A DNA stretch of 64,000 nt from Longimicrobiales bacterium (GTDB lineage Bacteria; Gemmatimonadota; Gemmatimonadetes; Longimicrobiales; Gaopeijiaceae): the NCBI GenBank assembly GCA_965249725.1, contig CBDFMQ010000001.1, positions 160,001 through 224,000 on the forward strand, given 5' to 3'. This document shows positions 39,798-49,528 of this stretch, in pieces; position 1 is the stretch's first letter; each line of letters begins with the position of its first letter. The notes below the pieces were generated by a model. It was given only the letters and a program-made list of their open reading frames with translations. It ran no database searches and was not told the DNA's origin. Position numbers and translations under genes: made by a program.

Positions 39798-40601
39798 CTA
39801 TGAACCGCTCCCTTCATGTCGCTCGACCCATCGCGGTATGACTTCCTGGATCCGGGCCACCCCATCGGTGAGCGCCGCCGGGCCCGGCTGCAGGATGAGG
39901 GGAGACTTGATCTCGTGCACTTCGTCATTACGAACGGCGGGAATCTCAGACCATCCGGGTCGAGCCACCAGCCTGTCCTTCTGGAACTTCCTACCGCACC
40001 ACGAACCGAGAATGATGTCAGGGGACCGTCGAATGACCTCGGCCGGGTCGGCGATGATCCGGCCTTTCGCCAGCGAAGATGCTGCCAGCTCCGGGAAGCA
40101 GTCCTCGCCTCCCGCGATCTCGACCAGCTCCGAGACCCATCGGATTCCCGAGATCAGGGGGTCGTACCATTCCTCGAAGTAGACGCGCGGACGGCGGAGG
40201 AACTCCGCAGCATGCGCGCGCACATCGGCGAGCCCGTCTTCCAGCTCCTCCGCCAGCCGAGCACCCTTCTGTTCACAACCGATCATGGATCCCAAGGTCC
40301 GAATCATCCGCAGAATCCCTGGCACGCTGCGGTGATTGAAGACATGCACCTCGACTCCTTGCCGGATCAACTCGGCGGCGATGTCGGCCTGGATGTCCGA
40401 AAAGCCGAGGACCAGGTCGGGTTCCAGGTCTAGAATCTGGTCGATCTTCGCGCTCGTGAAGGCCGAGACTTTGGGTTTTTCCCTTCTGGCCCGGGGTGGT
40501 CGAACGGTGAAGCCGGAGATGCCGACGATGCGCCAGTCTTCTTCCATCAGGTAGAGGGCTTCCGTGGTCTCCTCGGTGAGACAGACGAGGCGTTCGTACA
40601 T
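39798..40601 (-). CDS. BtuF-like cobalamin/siderophore-binding fold protein, no signal peptide
   Basis: RLVCLTEETTE, IVGISGFTVRP, PDLVLGFSD, YFEEW and ILQPGP motifs. Confidence 0.82.
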   Translation of the reverse strand: MYERLVCLTEETTEALYLMEEDWRIVGISGFTVRPPRARREKPKVSAFTSAKIDQILDLEPDLVLGFSDIQADIAAELIRQGVEVHVFNHRSVPGILRMIRTLGSMIGCEQKGARLAEELEDGLADVRAHAAEFLRRPRVYFEEWYDPLISGIRWVSELVEIAGGEDCFPELAASSLAKGRIIADPAEVIRRSPDIILGSWCGRKFQKDRLVARPGWSEIPAVRNDEVHEIKSPLILQPGPAALTDGVARIQEVIPRWVERHEGSGS

Positions 40602-40736
40602 CGAGAGGGTCGGGGCTCCGGGTGCGGTCGGTTGTTCTTTTCGTCGGTGAGGTCGTAACATGCCTCCCCACATAAGCCTTTCGCCATGTGGAAGATCCGA
40701 CACGCTCCCGACAAGCAGAATCAGACGAGGTGTATG

Positions 40737-42077
40737 ATGAGGACGAAGAGTGCTATGACCCTTGCCGCGACCCTGGCCGCCGTGGCTCTTCTCTCCACGG
40801 CCACGACCGTAGCCGCGCAAGACAATGCCGAGTCGCGTGGTAGCGACAACATCGAGGTGGTGTCCCACCTGCCCCTCGGCGCTCCGGGGAGTGTGTCCGA
40901 CATCGAGGTCGAACAGGACATGAACCGTCCTTTCGCGTACGTCGGCCGTGAAGTCCTTGGACAATCGGCCGGTGGCGATCGCGGGATCGATGTCATCGAC
41001 ATTGCGGACCCGGCAGATCCCAAGGTCATCCACCGTTGGCGGATCGAGGACAACGATCTACACGTCGGGGCGGGCGGCAAGGACATCAAGGCCTTCTCGT
41101 GGGACGGCCGTCACTACGTGATTCTGTCGGTCCAGTTCCGCCAGGGTGGGCCGGACTATGACCTGGGCGCCATCATCTTCGACGTGACGGGGCTCCCGGA
41201 TCCATCGAGTTTCCGGGAGGTCGCTCGAATCCAGGGCCCTGAGGAGCTGGGCGGCTTCCATAACATCTTCACATACATGCACAGCAACGGGCGCCCGCTG
41301 CTCTTTGCCACCACGACCACTCCGGCGGCTCACGTCTATGACTTGGGTCACGTCCTGGACGGGAGAAGCGACGAAGCCCTCGTTGCGCGCGTGCCGGTTC
41401 CGGGCGAGAACGCCCAGAGCTACCACGACTTCTACACGGGATACCACGCGGATAGCCAGCAGGACCGATTCTATGGTGGAGGCACCGGCGGATACTATGT
41501 GTTCGACGTGACCGACCTGGAGAATCCCGAACTGTTGGTGACGCTGACGGGAATCAGCGGAATCTCGTGGGGACACACGTTTACTCCGTCGCCGGACGGC
41601 CGGTACGTCATTTCCGAGGCCGAGTACCAGTATGCCCCACTGAGGATGTTCGACCTGAAGCCGGCGCTCGAGGGCGAGGTCTCGAACATCCGGCAGCCGA
41701 TCTCGGCGTGGACCGCCGACTGGGAGCACCTGGTGCACAACCATGAGGTCCGCTGGCCGTTCGTATTCGTGTCCGGATACCTGGACGGCCTCCAGATCTT
41801 CAGCATGCAGGATCCAAAGAAACCCAGGACGATCGCCCACTACGACACCTACCTGGAAGGTGAGGAGGACGGCGTCATGAACGGGGCGTGGGGCACGGAC
41901 GTGAGGAACGCCGACGGCCTGATCGTGGTGTCGGACATGGTAACCGGCTTCTGGGCTTTTCGTATGGAAGGCTTCAAGGGCTGGAACGGCCTCGACTGGG
42001 GGCAGCCGAACATTTCGAGCGTGCAGGATTGGGAGAACGGGCCCGAGTACCAGGCGCGGACTCGCTACCAGAACTAG
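40737..42077 (+). CDS. Secreted LVIVD-repeat beta-propeller, paralog 1
   Basis: Signal peptide ending AAQ; IDVIDIADPADP, IIFDVT and YVFDVTDLENP repeats; FHN/YHD/GHT/HNHE motifs. Confidence 0.85.
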   Translation: MRTKSAMTLAATLAAVALLSTATTVAAQDNAESRGSDNIEVVSHLPLGAPGSVSDIEVEQDMNRPFAYVGREVLGQSAGGDRGIDVIDIADPADPKVIHRWRIEDNDLHVGAGGKDIKAFSWDGRHYVILSVQFRQGGPDYDLGAIIFDVTGLPDPSSFREVARIQGPEELGGFHNIFTYMHSNGRPLLFATTTTPAAHVYDLGHVLDGRSDEALVARVPVPGENAQSYHDFYTGYHADSQQDRFYGGGTGGYYVFDVTDLENPELLVTLTGISGISWGHTFTPSPDGRYVISEAEYQYAPLRMFDLKPALEGEVSNIRQPISAWTADWEHLVHNHEVRWPFVFVSGYLDGLQIFSMQDPKKPRTIAHYDTYLEGEEDGVMNGAWGTDVRNADGLIVVSDMVTGFWAFRMEGFKGWNGLDWGQPNISSVQDWENGPEYQARTRYQN

Positions 42078-42121
42078 GCAGGAATCTCCCGTCGGAGATA
42101 GCCGTTTCAACGAGGTGACAG

Positions 42122-43456
42122 ATGAATACGAGCAAAAAGACGACACTCACGGCAGCTTTGGCCGGACTGGCCCTGGTTGTGGCGAGTGCCGCTCTCGGTG
42201 CGCAGGAGAACGCCGAGAAGCGTGGTAGCGACAACATCGAGGTCGTGGCTCACGTCCCCATGGGGGCCGAGGGCAGCGTATCGGACATCGAGATCTCTCA
42301 GGACATGGATCGCCCTTATGTCTTCCTCGGACGAGAGGTGTTCGGGGATATAAGCGGCATGGATCGTGGTATCGACGTGATCGACATCCATGATCCGGAG
42401 AATCCCGAAGTCTTGGTGCAGTGGAGGATCGAGGACTCCGAGCTCCATATGGGGGCCGGCGGGAAGGACCTGAAGGAGTTCAAGTGGAACGACCGTTATT
42501 ACGTGGTCCTCTCCACTCAGTTCTCGCAGGGGGGGCCCGATTACGATCTCGGCGCCATCATCTTCGACGTCACGGGGCTTCCGGATGCCTCGACGTTCCG
42601 TGAAGTGGCTCGCATCCAGGGTCCCCAGGAACTCGGCGGATTCCACAACATCTTCGTCTACAAGCACAGCAATGGCCGGGTCCTGCTCTTCACGACCACG
42701 AGCACGCCGTTTTCTCACGTGTACGACTTGGGCTACGTCGTAGAGGGACGGGGCGACGAGGCGCTGGTGGCGCGCGTGCCCGTTCCGGGGCCGGACGCCC
42801 GTAGTTACCACGACTTCTACACGGGCTTCCACGCTGACACCGAGCAGGATCGCTTCTATGGTGGCGGCACGGGCGGCTATTACGTCTATAACGTTACGGA
42901 CCTGGAGAATCCCGAGCTTCTGGTGAGCCTCACGGGGATCAACGGCGTTACGGGCGGCCATACCTTTACGCCTTCGGCCGACGGACGGTACGTCGTGGCC
43001 GAGACCGAGTACCAGTACGCGCCGCTGCGGATCTTCGACCTGAAGCCTGGGCTGGACGGAGAGGTGGCGAACATCAACCGACCCATCTCGGCCTGGACTG
43101 CCAATTGGGAGCACCTGGTGCACAACCATGAGGTGCGTTGGCCTTTCGTGTTCGTCTCGGGATACTGGGATGGCCTGCAGGTGTTCAGCCTCCAGGATCC
43201 CAAGAATCCCAAGACGATCGCCCACTACGATACCTTCCTCGAGCACAGTGAGAGCTCGATCATGAACGGCGCGTGGGGAGTGGACGTGCGCAATGCCGAC
43301 GGCCTGATCGTGATTTCCGACATGGCCACGGGCTTTTGGGCCTTCAGAATGCAGGGGTTCAGCGGCTGGAATGGCCTGGATTGGGGACAGCCGAACATCT
43401 CGAGCCAGCAGGACTGGGAGAATGGGCCTGCGGTTCAGGCACGCTCCCGTAACTAG
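42122..43456 (+). CDS. Secreted LVIVD-repeat beta-propeller, paralog 2
   Basis: Colinear with and highly similar to paralog 1; signal peptide ending GAQ. Confidence 0.85.
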   Translation: MNTSKKTTLTAALAGLALVVASAALGAQENAEKRGSDNIEVVAHVPMGAEGSVSDIEISQDMDRPYVFLGREVFGDISGMDRGIDVIDIHDPENPEVLVQWRIEDSELHMGAGGKDLKEFKWNDRYYVVLSTQFSQGGPDYDLGAIIFDVTGLPDASTFREVARIQGPQELGGFHNIFVYKHSNGRVLLFTTTSTPFSHVYDLGYVVEGRGDEALVARVPVPGPDARSYHDFYTGFHADTEQDRFYGGGTGGYYVYNVTDLENPELLVSLTGINGVTGGHTFTPSADGRYVVAETEYQYAPLRIFDLKPGLDGEVANINRPISAWTANWEHLVHNHEVRWPFVFVSGYWDGLQVFSLQDPKNPKTIAHYDTFLEHSESSIMNGAWGVDVRNADGLIVISDMATGFWAFRMQGFSGWNGLDWGQPNISSQQDWENGPAVQARSRN

Positions 43457-43487
43457 GCAGGCCCGTTCGCGTAACTAGTATCAGCGA

Positions 43488-43534
43488 TGCCCTTGGAGGA
43501 CCGGCGTGAGACTGCACCGGCCCTCCATCGGGCA
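43488..43534 (+). other. GC-rich stem-loop after paralog 2
   Basis: Imperfect inverted repeat TGCCC..GGAGG.CCGG / CCGG.CCTCC..GGGCA; no clear U tract. Confidence 0.45.
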
Positions 43535-43575
43535 ACTTGTGAGGATCTTAGCGCGAAAACTGTGAAATCCTTTAC

Positions 43576-43605
43576 TTGACAGACCAGACGAGGCTGTTCT
43601 ATATA
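43576..43605 (+). promoter_or_regulatory. Sigma70-type promoter for the OMP-susC-susD unit
   Basis: Perfect TTGACA (43576-43581), 18-nt spacer, imperfect TATATA; AT-rich patch. Confidence 0.5.
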
Positions 43606-43692
43606 CCCGTTACGATTATTTTCACCGAAGGCTGCATCGAGGATCGGCGCGTCCTACGTCCGACCCGTGGTCAGCCATTGAACGCGAGGGCG

Positions 43693-44346
43693 ATGTCCAT
43701 GATACAACTTCGTTCGCTTTTCTTCACGGCCTTGCTCGGCTTTATGCTGGCCACGCCGGCATCGTCGCAGTCTACTGACGTGGTCGGGCAGCTGTCGCTG
43801 CACTTGCAGGGAGGACTTACGTCCGACCCGGTTGGGTTTGATGCCTTCCGGGAGACCACGTTTGGGTCCGCTACCGCCATCGGCGGCGGATTCACCTACG
43901 TGATCTACGAGAACGTTGCCGTACGCGGCGACTTCCATTACGCACCGAAGACCGGGCGCGAAGAGTGCTGCTCGGCTCGGGCTCTCGGCGACGGACTGGG
44001 CGTCACGGTGCCTGCCAACCCGGGGGCTGTCTCTGAGGACGTCGACTTCAACCGAAAGTACTTCGGCGCGAGTGTCCTCATCCGATTCCCGATGTCCGCA
44101 GCCGTTCCGTACCTCAAGCTCGGCGGTGGTTTCATCGACATCAAGCGCGATGCGCCGACGTATCAGTATGACTTCGCGGAGTTCGGTGCCCAGCTCGGCG
44201 CCGGCGTCTCGTTGCCGCTCGGTGACTCGGGTGCGGCGTTCTTTGCCGACGTTGTCGAGTGGATCTATGCGCGCACCGGTACGGGCGAGGGCAATCAGTA
44301 TGACACCCTCGTCAGCGCTGGGCTCTCGTACGCGTTCATCCGCTAG
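43693..44346 (+). CDS. Small outer-membrane beta-barrel protein (OmpA/OmpW-like)
   Basis: Signal peptide; strands such as VPYLKLGGG and GAQLGAGV; terminal AGLSYAF. Confidence 0.75.
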   Translation: MSMIQLRSLFFTALLGFMLATPASSQSTDVVGQLSLHLQGGLTSDPVGFDAFRETTFGSATAIGGGFTYVIYENVAVRGDFHYAPKTGREECCSARALGDGLGVTVPANPGAVSEDVDFNRKYFGASVLIRFPMSAAVPYLKLGGGFIDIKRDAPTYQYDFAEFGAQLGAGVSLPLGDSGAAFFADVVEWIYARTGTGEGNQYDTLVSAGLSYAFIR

Positions 44347-44362
44347 ACGGATCTCCGAATGG

Positions 44363-44395
44363 TCGGACCTGGACGCTCGGCGCGTCCGGGTCCGA
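44363..44395 (+). other. 14-bp intercistronic hairpin before susC
   Basis: TCGGACCTGGACGC-tcggc-GCGTCCGGGTCCGA. Confidence 0.6.
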
Positions 44396-44445
44396 GCAGT
44401 ACATTCAGCTTCTCGCCGATTACCTTTTTTAGGGGGGTAAGTACG

Positions 44446-47400
44446 ATGGACCGATTGCTACGGAAGACGTACTCTATCGTTCTGGTCGCACTGTTGTTGG
44501 GGCCCTTGGGCTTCAGCGCGGCGGCACAGACGAACGTAGCGGGGACAGTGGTCTCCGGTACAGGGCAGCCGCTCGCGGGCGTGCAGATCTCGATTCCCAA
44601 TCTACAGATGGGAACGCTGACCAACTCCGACGGGCGTTTCGTGATTCAGAACGTACCCAACGGTGCGCAGATCATGCGTGCGGAGTTGATCGGGTATGAG
44701 GCTCAGCAGCGTCGTGTAGACGTTCAGGGCACGACGGTCACGGAAAACTACACACTCATCGAGACGGCCGTTGAGCTCGAGGGCCTGGTTGTAACGGCTC
44801 TCGGCATCAGCCGTGACGAGCGAGCGTTGGGTTACGCGGTGCAGGACATTCAGGGCGACGACATTGCCGATTCGGGCGTGTCGACGAACCTGGTGACCGC
44901 ACTGTCCGGTAAGGTTTCCGGCGTGTTGATCAAGAACCAGGGCGCCATGGGCGGCCGTTCAGACATCACGATCCGCGGGCTCGCGTCGATCGCCGGTAAC
45001 AACCAGCCACTGTTCGTAGTGGACGGTGTGCCGATCGACAACGGGACCGACTTCTACGAGTCGAGTATCAACCGTGTGGACTACGGCAACGCGGCACAGG
45101 ACCTGAACCCTGACGACATCGAGTCGATCTCGGTGCTCAAGGGTGCGAACGCTGCGGCGCTTTATGGTTCCCGAGCCTCGAACGGCGTGATCCTGATCAC
45201 GACGAAGAAGGGCGCGGGGGCCGACGGCCGGTTGGAGATCACGGCGAGTGCTGAAGCGTCGTTCGCCACGTCTACGATCTCGCCTCGCTGGCAGAACGTG
45301 TACGGCGGCGGCGACCGTGAAGAGAACTTCGAGTTCAAGGACGGAGCCGGTGGTGGCGTCGGTGACTACATCGACGAGAGCTGGGGCCCGCCGATGAACG
45401 GGCAGCTGTACAACCAGTGGACCGCCGATCCGACGGATGCGGACGGTATCGCGCTGCGTCCTTGGCTGCCGGTCGCATACTCGACGCGTGACCTGTTCGA
45501 GACGGGCATCAACATGACCGAGCACTTCTCGGTAGCGGGAAGCTCTGGCGAGGCGAACGGCCGTCTGTCGGCCACGCAGGTCAACGCGGACGGACAATCG
45601 CCCGGACACGAGATTGACCGCACGCAGTTGTCGATCGCCGCGGGCGTGACGCCGATTCCGAGCCTTCGGGTTCAGGGTTCTGCGAGCTACGTGAAGAGCG
45701 GTGGTACGAACCGTCCTCTGAACGATGGTGGGTCGCTGAACTCGGCGACGTACCAGTATCTGTGGTGGCAGCGCACGAATGAGACGCAGATGCTCAAGCG
45801 TGCGTACGACCTGTGGCTGGAAAAGGGCAGTGAGTTCGGCCCGGATCACCCCGGAAGCGGCCTGCCGCGCAACTGGAACCACAACTATTGGGACAACATC
45901 TACTACGTGCTGGCCGAAGCCGGGAACAGGGACACGCGTGACCGCTTCATCGGCAACGTCGATTTGGACTACTCGTTCAGCGACGCAGTCTCGATCTCGG
46001 CCCGTGTAGGTACGGACTGGTACGAGCACCGTCGTAAGAACGTGTTCCCGATGTTCAGTCACGACTACAAGTTCGGCGCGTTCATCGACCAGTCGATCTT
46101 CCGTCAGGAGACGAACTTTGACGTCGTGCTGACCGCCCAGGGTGACCTGAGCGACGACTTCAACGTGGCGGTGCGTGGTGGCGTGAACCGTCGTGCGAAC
46201 GACACGAACCGTCACTCGGTCGAGACAGAGCGTCTGATCGTACCCGGGCTCTACACGCCGCAGAACTCCGCGGTACCGCCCACGGTCGACAACTGGATCA
46301 CCGAGAAGCGCGTATACAGCGCCTATGGCCTGGGCTCGCTCTCGTTCCGCAACTACGCCTTCGTCGACGTGACGGCCCGCAACGACTGGTCGTCGAGTCT
46401 TCCCGAGGGCAACAACTCCTACTTCTACCCGTCGGTGTCGGCCAGCTTGGTTCTGTCTGACGCGTTCCAGTGGGACGGCGGCGTCTTCGACTACGCGAAG
46501 GTCCGTGCTAGCTGGGCCGAGGTCGGCAGTGACGCCGATCCTTATCAGACCAGCGCCGTGATGACTCAGCTGCAGACCTTCCAGGGTTCGCCTGGGTTCA
46601 TCCCGAGCAACGATCTTCCGGCTCTCGCCTTGAGGCCTGAGATCACGACGTCGTGGGAAGTCGGAGCCGACGTACGGTTCGCGGACAACCGGGCGACGAT
46701 GGACCTGACGTACTACAACACGAAGACGCGGGACCAGATCTTGTCGGTCCCGATCTCGACCACGAGTGGGTTCGCGAACCAGATCATCAACGCGGGCGAG
46801 GTGAAGAACGCCGGTATCGAGGCTCTTCTCACGACCGAGATCATGAGGGGCACTGGCCTGCAGTGGGACATGACGCTGAACTGGGCGCGCAACCGCAGTG
46901 AGGTGCTCGCACTTCACGAGTCGCTCGACCGCATCGTGCTGGGCAACTACGCGGTCACGTACGAGGCTCGTATCGGTGAGCCCTACGGCGTGCTCTACGG
47001 TGACGACTTCAAGCGCGATGCGAACGGCACGCCGGTCGTGACCAGCAACGGCTACCCGGCGCGTTCAGCGACGAAGCAGCCGCTGTGTCCTGGTGGGTCG
47101 GACGGCGCCGTGTGTAAGGACGGCGAACGTGCGACGAGTGAGCCGGACTGGATCGGCGGAGTCCGCAACGATTTCCGCTTCGGTCTGATGCAGCTCAGCT
47201 TCCTGCTGGACGTCCGCTGGGGCGGCGTCTTCTACTGCGGTACCTGCAGCTTGGGCCACCGCGATGGTCTCACGTACGAGAGCGCACACTACGGTGGGCG
47301 TCTGGACGGCGTGACGGTCGACGAGCACTGGAACTTCAGTGGCCGTCGGACGGACGTGGTGGGTGTGAACCTGCTGGGCGTGAAGGAAGACGGATCGGCC

Positions 47401-47730
47401 AACGACATCTACGTCGACGGCAAGATCTTCTGGAATCAGTTCCGTGGTGCGGAGTCTCCGCATGTTCAGCGGGCGACGTTCGGCAAGCTGCGCGAGGTCA
47501 AGCTGAGCTTCGACCTCACGCCGAACGTGCTTGAGAAGCTTCCATTCTCGACGGGCCGGATCACGTTGGTGGGTCGCAACCTGAAGACCTTCTGTGGCTC
47601 GCTGGCTTGCAAGAACATCGACCCCGAGTCTGATGGTGTGGCGTTCGCCGACAACCACGCACGTGGCGTGGAGTACCTGTCGGCTCCGTCGGACCGGACG
47701 TTCGGCATCAACTTCACCGTGACCAGGTAA
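44446..47730 (+). CDS. susC: SusC/RagA family TonB-dependent outer-membrane transporter
   Basis: N-terminal carboxypeptidase-like domain; VVTALGI, PLFVVDGVP and DIESISVLKGANAAALYGSRASNGVILITTKKG; RNDWSS and YFYPSVS. Confidence 0.95.
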   Translation: MDRLLRKTYSIVLVALLLGPLGFSAAAQTNVAGTVVSGTGQPLAGVQISIPNLQMGTLTNSDGRFVIQNVPNGAQIMRAELIGYEAQQRRVDVQGTTVTENYTLIETAVELEGLVVTALGISRDERALGYAVQDIQGDDIADSGVSTNLVTALSGKVSGVLIKNQGAMGGRSDITIRGLASIAGNNQPLFVVDGVPIDNGTDFYESSINRVDYGNAAQDLNPDDIESISVLKGANAAALYGSRASNGVILITTKKGAGADGRLEITASAEASFATSTISPRWQNVYGGGDREENFEFKDGAGGGVGDYIDESWGPPMNGQLYNQWTADPTDADGIALRPWLPVAYSTRDLFETGINMTEHFSVAGSSGEANGRLSATQVNADGQSPGHEIDRTQLSIAAGVTPIPSLRVQGSASYVKSGGTNRPLNDGGSLNSATYQYLWWQRTNETQMLKRAYDLWLEKGSEFGPDHPGSGLPRNWNHNYWDNIYYVLAEAGNRDTRDRFIGNVDLDYSFSDAVSISARVGTDWYEHRRKNVFPMFSHDYKFGAFIDQSIFRQETNFDVVLTAQGDLSDDFNVAVRGGVNRRANDTNRHSVETERLIVPGLYTPQNSAVPPTVDNWITEKRVYSAYGLGSLSFRNYAFVDVTARNDWSSSLPEGNNSYFYPSVSASLVLSDAFQWDGGVFDYAKVRASWAEVGSDADPYQTSAVMTQLQTFQGSPGFIPSNDLPALALRPEITTSWEVGADVRFADNRATMDLTYYNTKTRDQILSVPISTTSGFANQIINAGEVKNAGIEALLTTEIMRGTGLQWDMTLNWARNRSEVLALHESLDRIVLGNYAVTYEARIGEPYGVLYGDDFKRDANGTPVVTSNGYPARSATKQPLCPGGSDGAVCKDGERATSEPDWIGGVRNDFRFGLMQLSFLLDVRWGGVFYCGTCSLGHRDGLTYESAHYGGRLDGVTVDEHWNFSGRRTDVVGVNLLGVKEDGSANDIYVDGKIFWNQFRGAESPHVQRATFGKLREVKLSFDLTPNVLEKLPFSTGRITLVGRNLKTFCGSLACKNIDPESDGVAFADNHARGVEYLSAPSDRTFGINFTVTR

Positions 47731-47746
47731 GGGAAAGGAGACCAAG

Positions 47747-49339
47747 ATGCGAAACTTGAAGATGAGATCGCTTATCGTCCTCCTGACCGTTGCCATTCTT
47801 GGCACGGCGGGGTGTGACGAACTGAGTAACCTGACGGATATCAATGAAAACCCTAACGCCCCGACGTCACTGTCGCCGGAGTTCCTACTCCCGTCATTGA
47901 TCCGGGGTCTGGCGGACAAGCTGGTCGGTGAGAACAACATCGACCTGCCTCGGGTCTCCCTGTTCGTGCAGCACTTCGCTCGCATCCAGTACGCGAGCAC
48001 GGATCGTTACGATCTGGGCACGGACTTCGGATCCTGCTGCTGGAACGATTTCTTCACGCTGAGTGGCGATCCGCCGAACGGCGTGTTCGTCCTGGCCCAA
48101 AACGTGCTGAATGGTGCCATTGAGGTGGGTGATGCGAATCAAACGGCGGTGGCCAAGATCCTGAAGGCCTACGCCGTCCACAACCTGGTCGACCTGTACG
48201 GCGACGCGCCCTATTTCGACGCCGTCAAGGGCGGCGCGGAAGAGGCCATCATCAGGCCGGCCTACGATGCGCAGAGCGCGATCTACGACGACATGTTAGC
48301 AGAGCTCACCGCAGCGTCCAGCATGATCAACACGGGCGCTTCCGGGTTCCCCGGCGGTGACCTGATGTACAGCGGCGACATGGACAAGTGGCGCCGGTTC
48401 GCCAACTCGCTCAGGCTGCGGTTGGCCATGCGCATGTCCGAGGCAAACCCGGGCAAGGCTCAGACCGAGGCAGCGGCTGCGGTAGCGGCCGGGGTCATGG
48501 AAGATGCCTCGCACTCGGCGGCCCTCTGGTACTCGGCGGCAGCGCCGGACCAGAACCCCATGTGGGTCGGGTTCGTCGAGCGTCCGGGTGACTATCGCCC
48601 GGCGAAGTACTTCATCGACGAGATGCTCGTTCGTGACGATCCGCGTGTCCGCCTCCATGCGGACGCGGCCGTCGACGCATTGCCCGAATTGGTTTACCGT
48701 GGCATGCCGAACGGACTTAACGACGACCGTGGCTTCGACGATGCCGACGAGCGGGACTTCGACTTCGTCTCGGTGGTCGGTGCCTGGCACTTGAGGCCCG
48801 ACGCTCCTGCGTTCTTCATGGAGTACGCGGAGACGCTGCTTCTGCAGGCCGAGGCGGCTGATCGCGGTTGGATCGGCGGAAGCGCCCAGGACCTCTACGA
48901 GGCAGGCATCACCGCTGCGATGATGGTCTACGCCGACGGTACGGCTGCGGACGCGGGTGCGTTCGTTACGCCTGCCGTGCCTGGCATCACTCAGGCCGAG
49001 ATCGACGCGTATCTGGCCGGGCCGATGGTGGCCTGGGACGGCGGTGGTATTGGCGGCGAGAGCAACCGGTCGCTGATCTACCGGGCGTACTGGTTCCAGC
49101 TCTGGGATCAGGGCATCGAGGCGTACAGCAAGTATCGGCGCACCAACGTGCCGCACCTCATTCCTGGCACCGATGCGTTCAACGCGTTAGTGCCCGTGCG
49201 CTTTCCGTATCCGCGGAGTGAGCAGACGTTCAACGAGACCAACGTTCTCTCAGCCATCTCCGCCAATGGCGGAGACGATGCGTGGGACAGTAGAGTCTGG
49301 TGGGACGTTTCGGACCAAGCTTCCGGTCCGGGTAACTAG
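47747..49339 (+). CDS. susD: SusD/RagB family lipoprotein
   Basis: Lipobox TAGC; NENPN, DLYGDAPY, KWRRFANSLRLR, DPR, PVRFPYP and RVWWD motifs. Confidence 0.93.
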   Translation: MRNLKMRSLIVLLTVAILGTAGCDELSNLTDINENPNAPTSLSPEFLLPSLIRGLADKLVGENNIDLPRVSLFVQHFARIQYASTDRYDLGTDFGSCCWNDFFTLSGDPPNGVFVLAQNVLNGAIEVGDANQTAVAKILKAYAVHNLVDLYGDAPYFDAVKGGAEEAIIRPAYDAQSAIYDDMLAELTAASSMINTGASGFPGGDLMYSGDMDKWRRFANSLRLRLAMRMSEANPGKAQTEAAAAVAAGVMEDASHSAALWYSAAAPDQNPMWVGFVERPGDYRPAKYFIDEMLVRDDPRVRLHADAAVDALPELVYRGMPNGLNDDRGFDDADERDFDFVSVVGAWHLRPDAPAFFMEYAETLLLQAEAADRGWIGGSAQDLYEAGITAAMMVYADGTAADAGAFVTPAVPGITQAEIDAYLAGPMVAWDGGGIGGESNRSLIYRAYWFQLWDQGIEAYSKYRRTNVPHLIPGTDAFNALVPVRFPYPRSEQTFNETNVLSAISANGGDDAWDSRVWWDVSDQASGPGN

Positions 49340-49357
49340 ACTCTAGTCTAGAGCTTT

Positions 49358-49399
49358 ACCCCGCGCCTCCTGCCTCACGGCAGGGGGCGCGGGTTTTTT
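49358..49399 (+). terminator. Rho-independent terminator after susD
   Basis: CCCGCGCCTCCTGCC-tcac-GGCAGGGGGCGCGGG followed by T6. Confidence 0.9.
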
Positions 49400-49528
49400 G
49401 TGGGTACACGCCAGAGGCGTTGGTCTTTCATGGAGTGGGACGTTAAGATGCCCCGCGGCCTTTCAGAGGCTCGAGCGCTTTCAACCGGCGGACACTCCCG
49501 CCCACGTCCGCATCCTATGAGGTGATCC

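Noticed and set aside
40602..40733. Cobalamin riboswitch upstream of the BtuF-like gene
   Set aside because: The region is short and no B12-box was seen.
49336..49351. Inverted repeat CTAGACT-CT-AGTCTAG at the susD stop as a mobile-element end
   Set aside because: No partner copy, target duplication or transposase.
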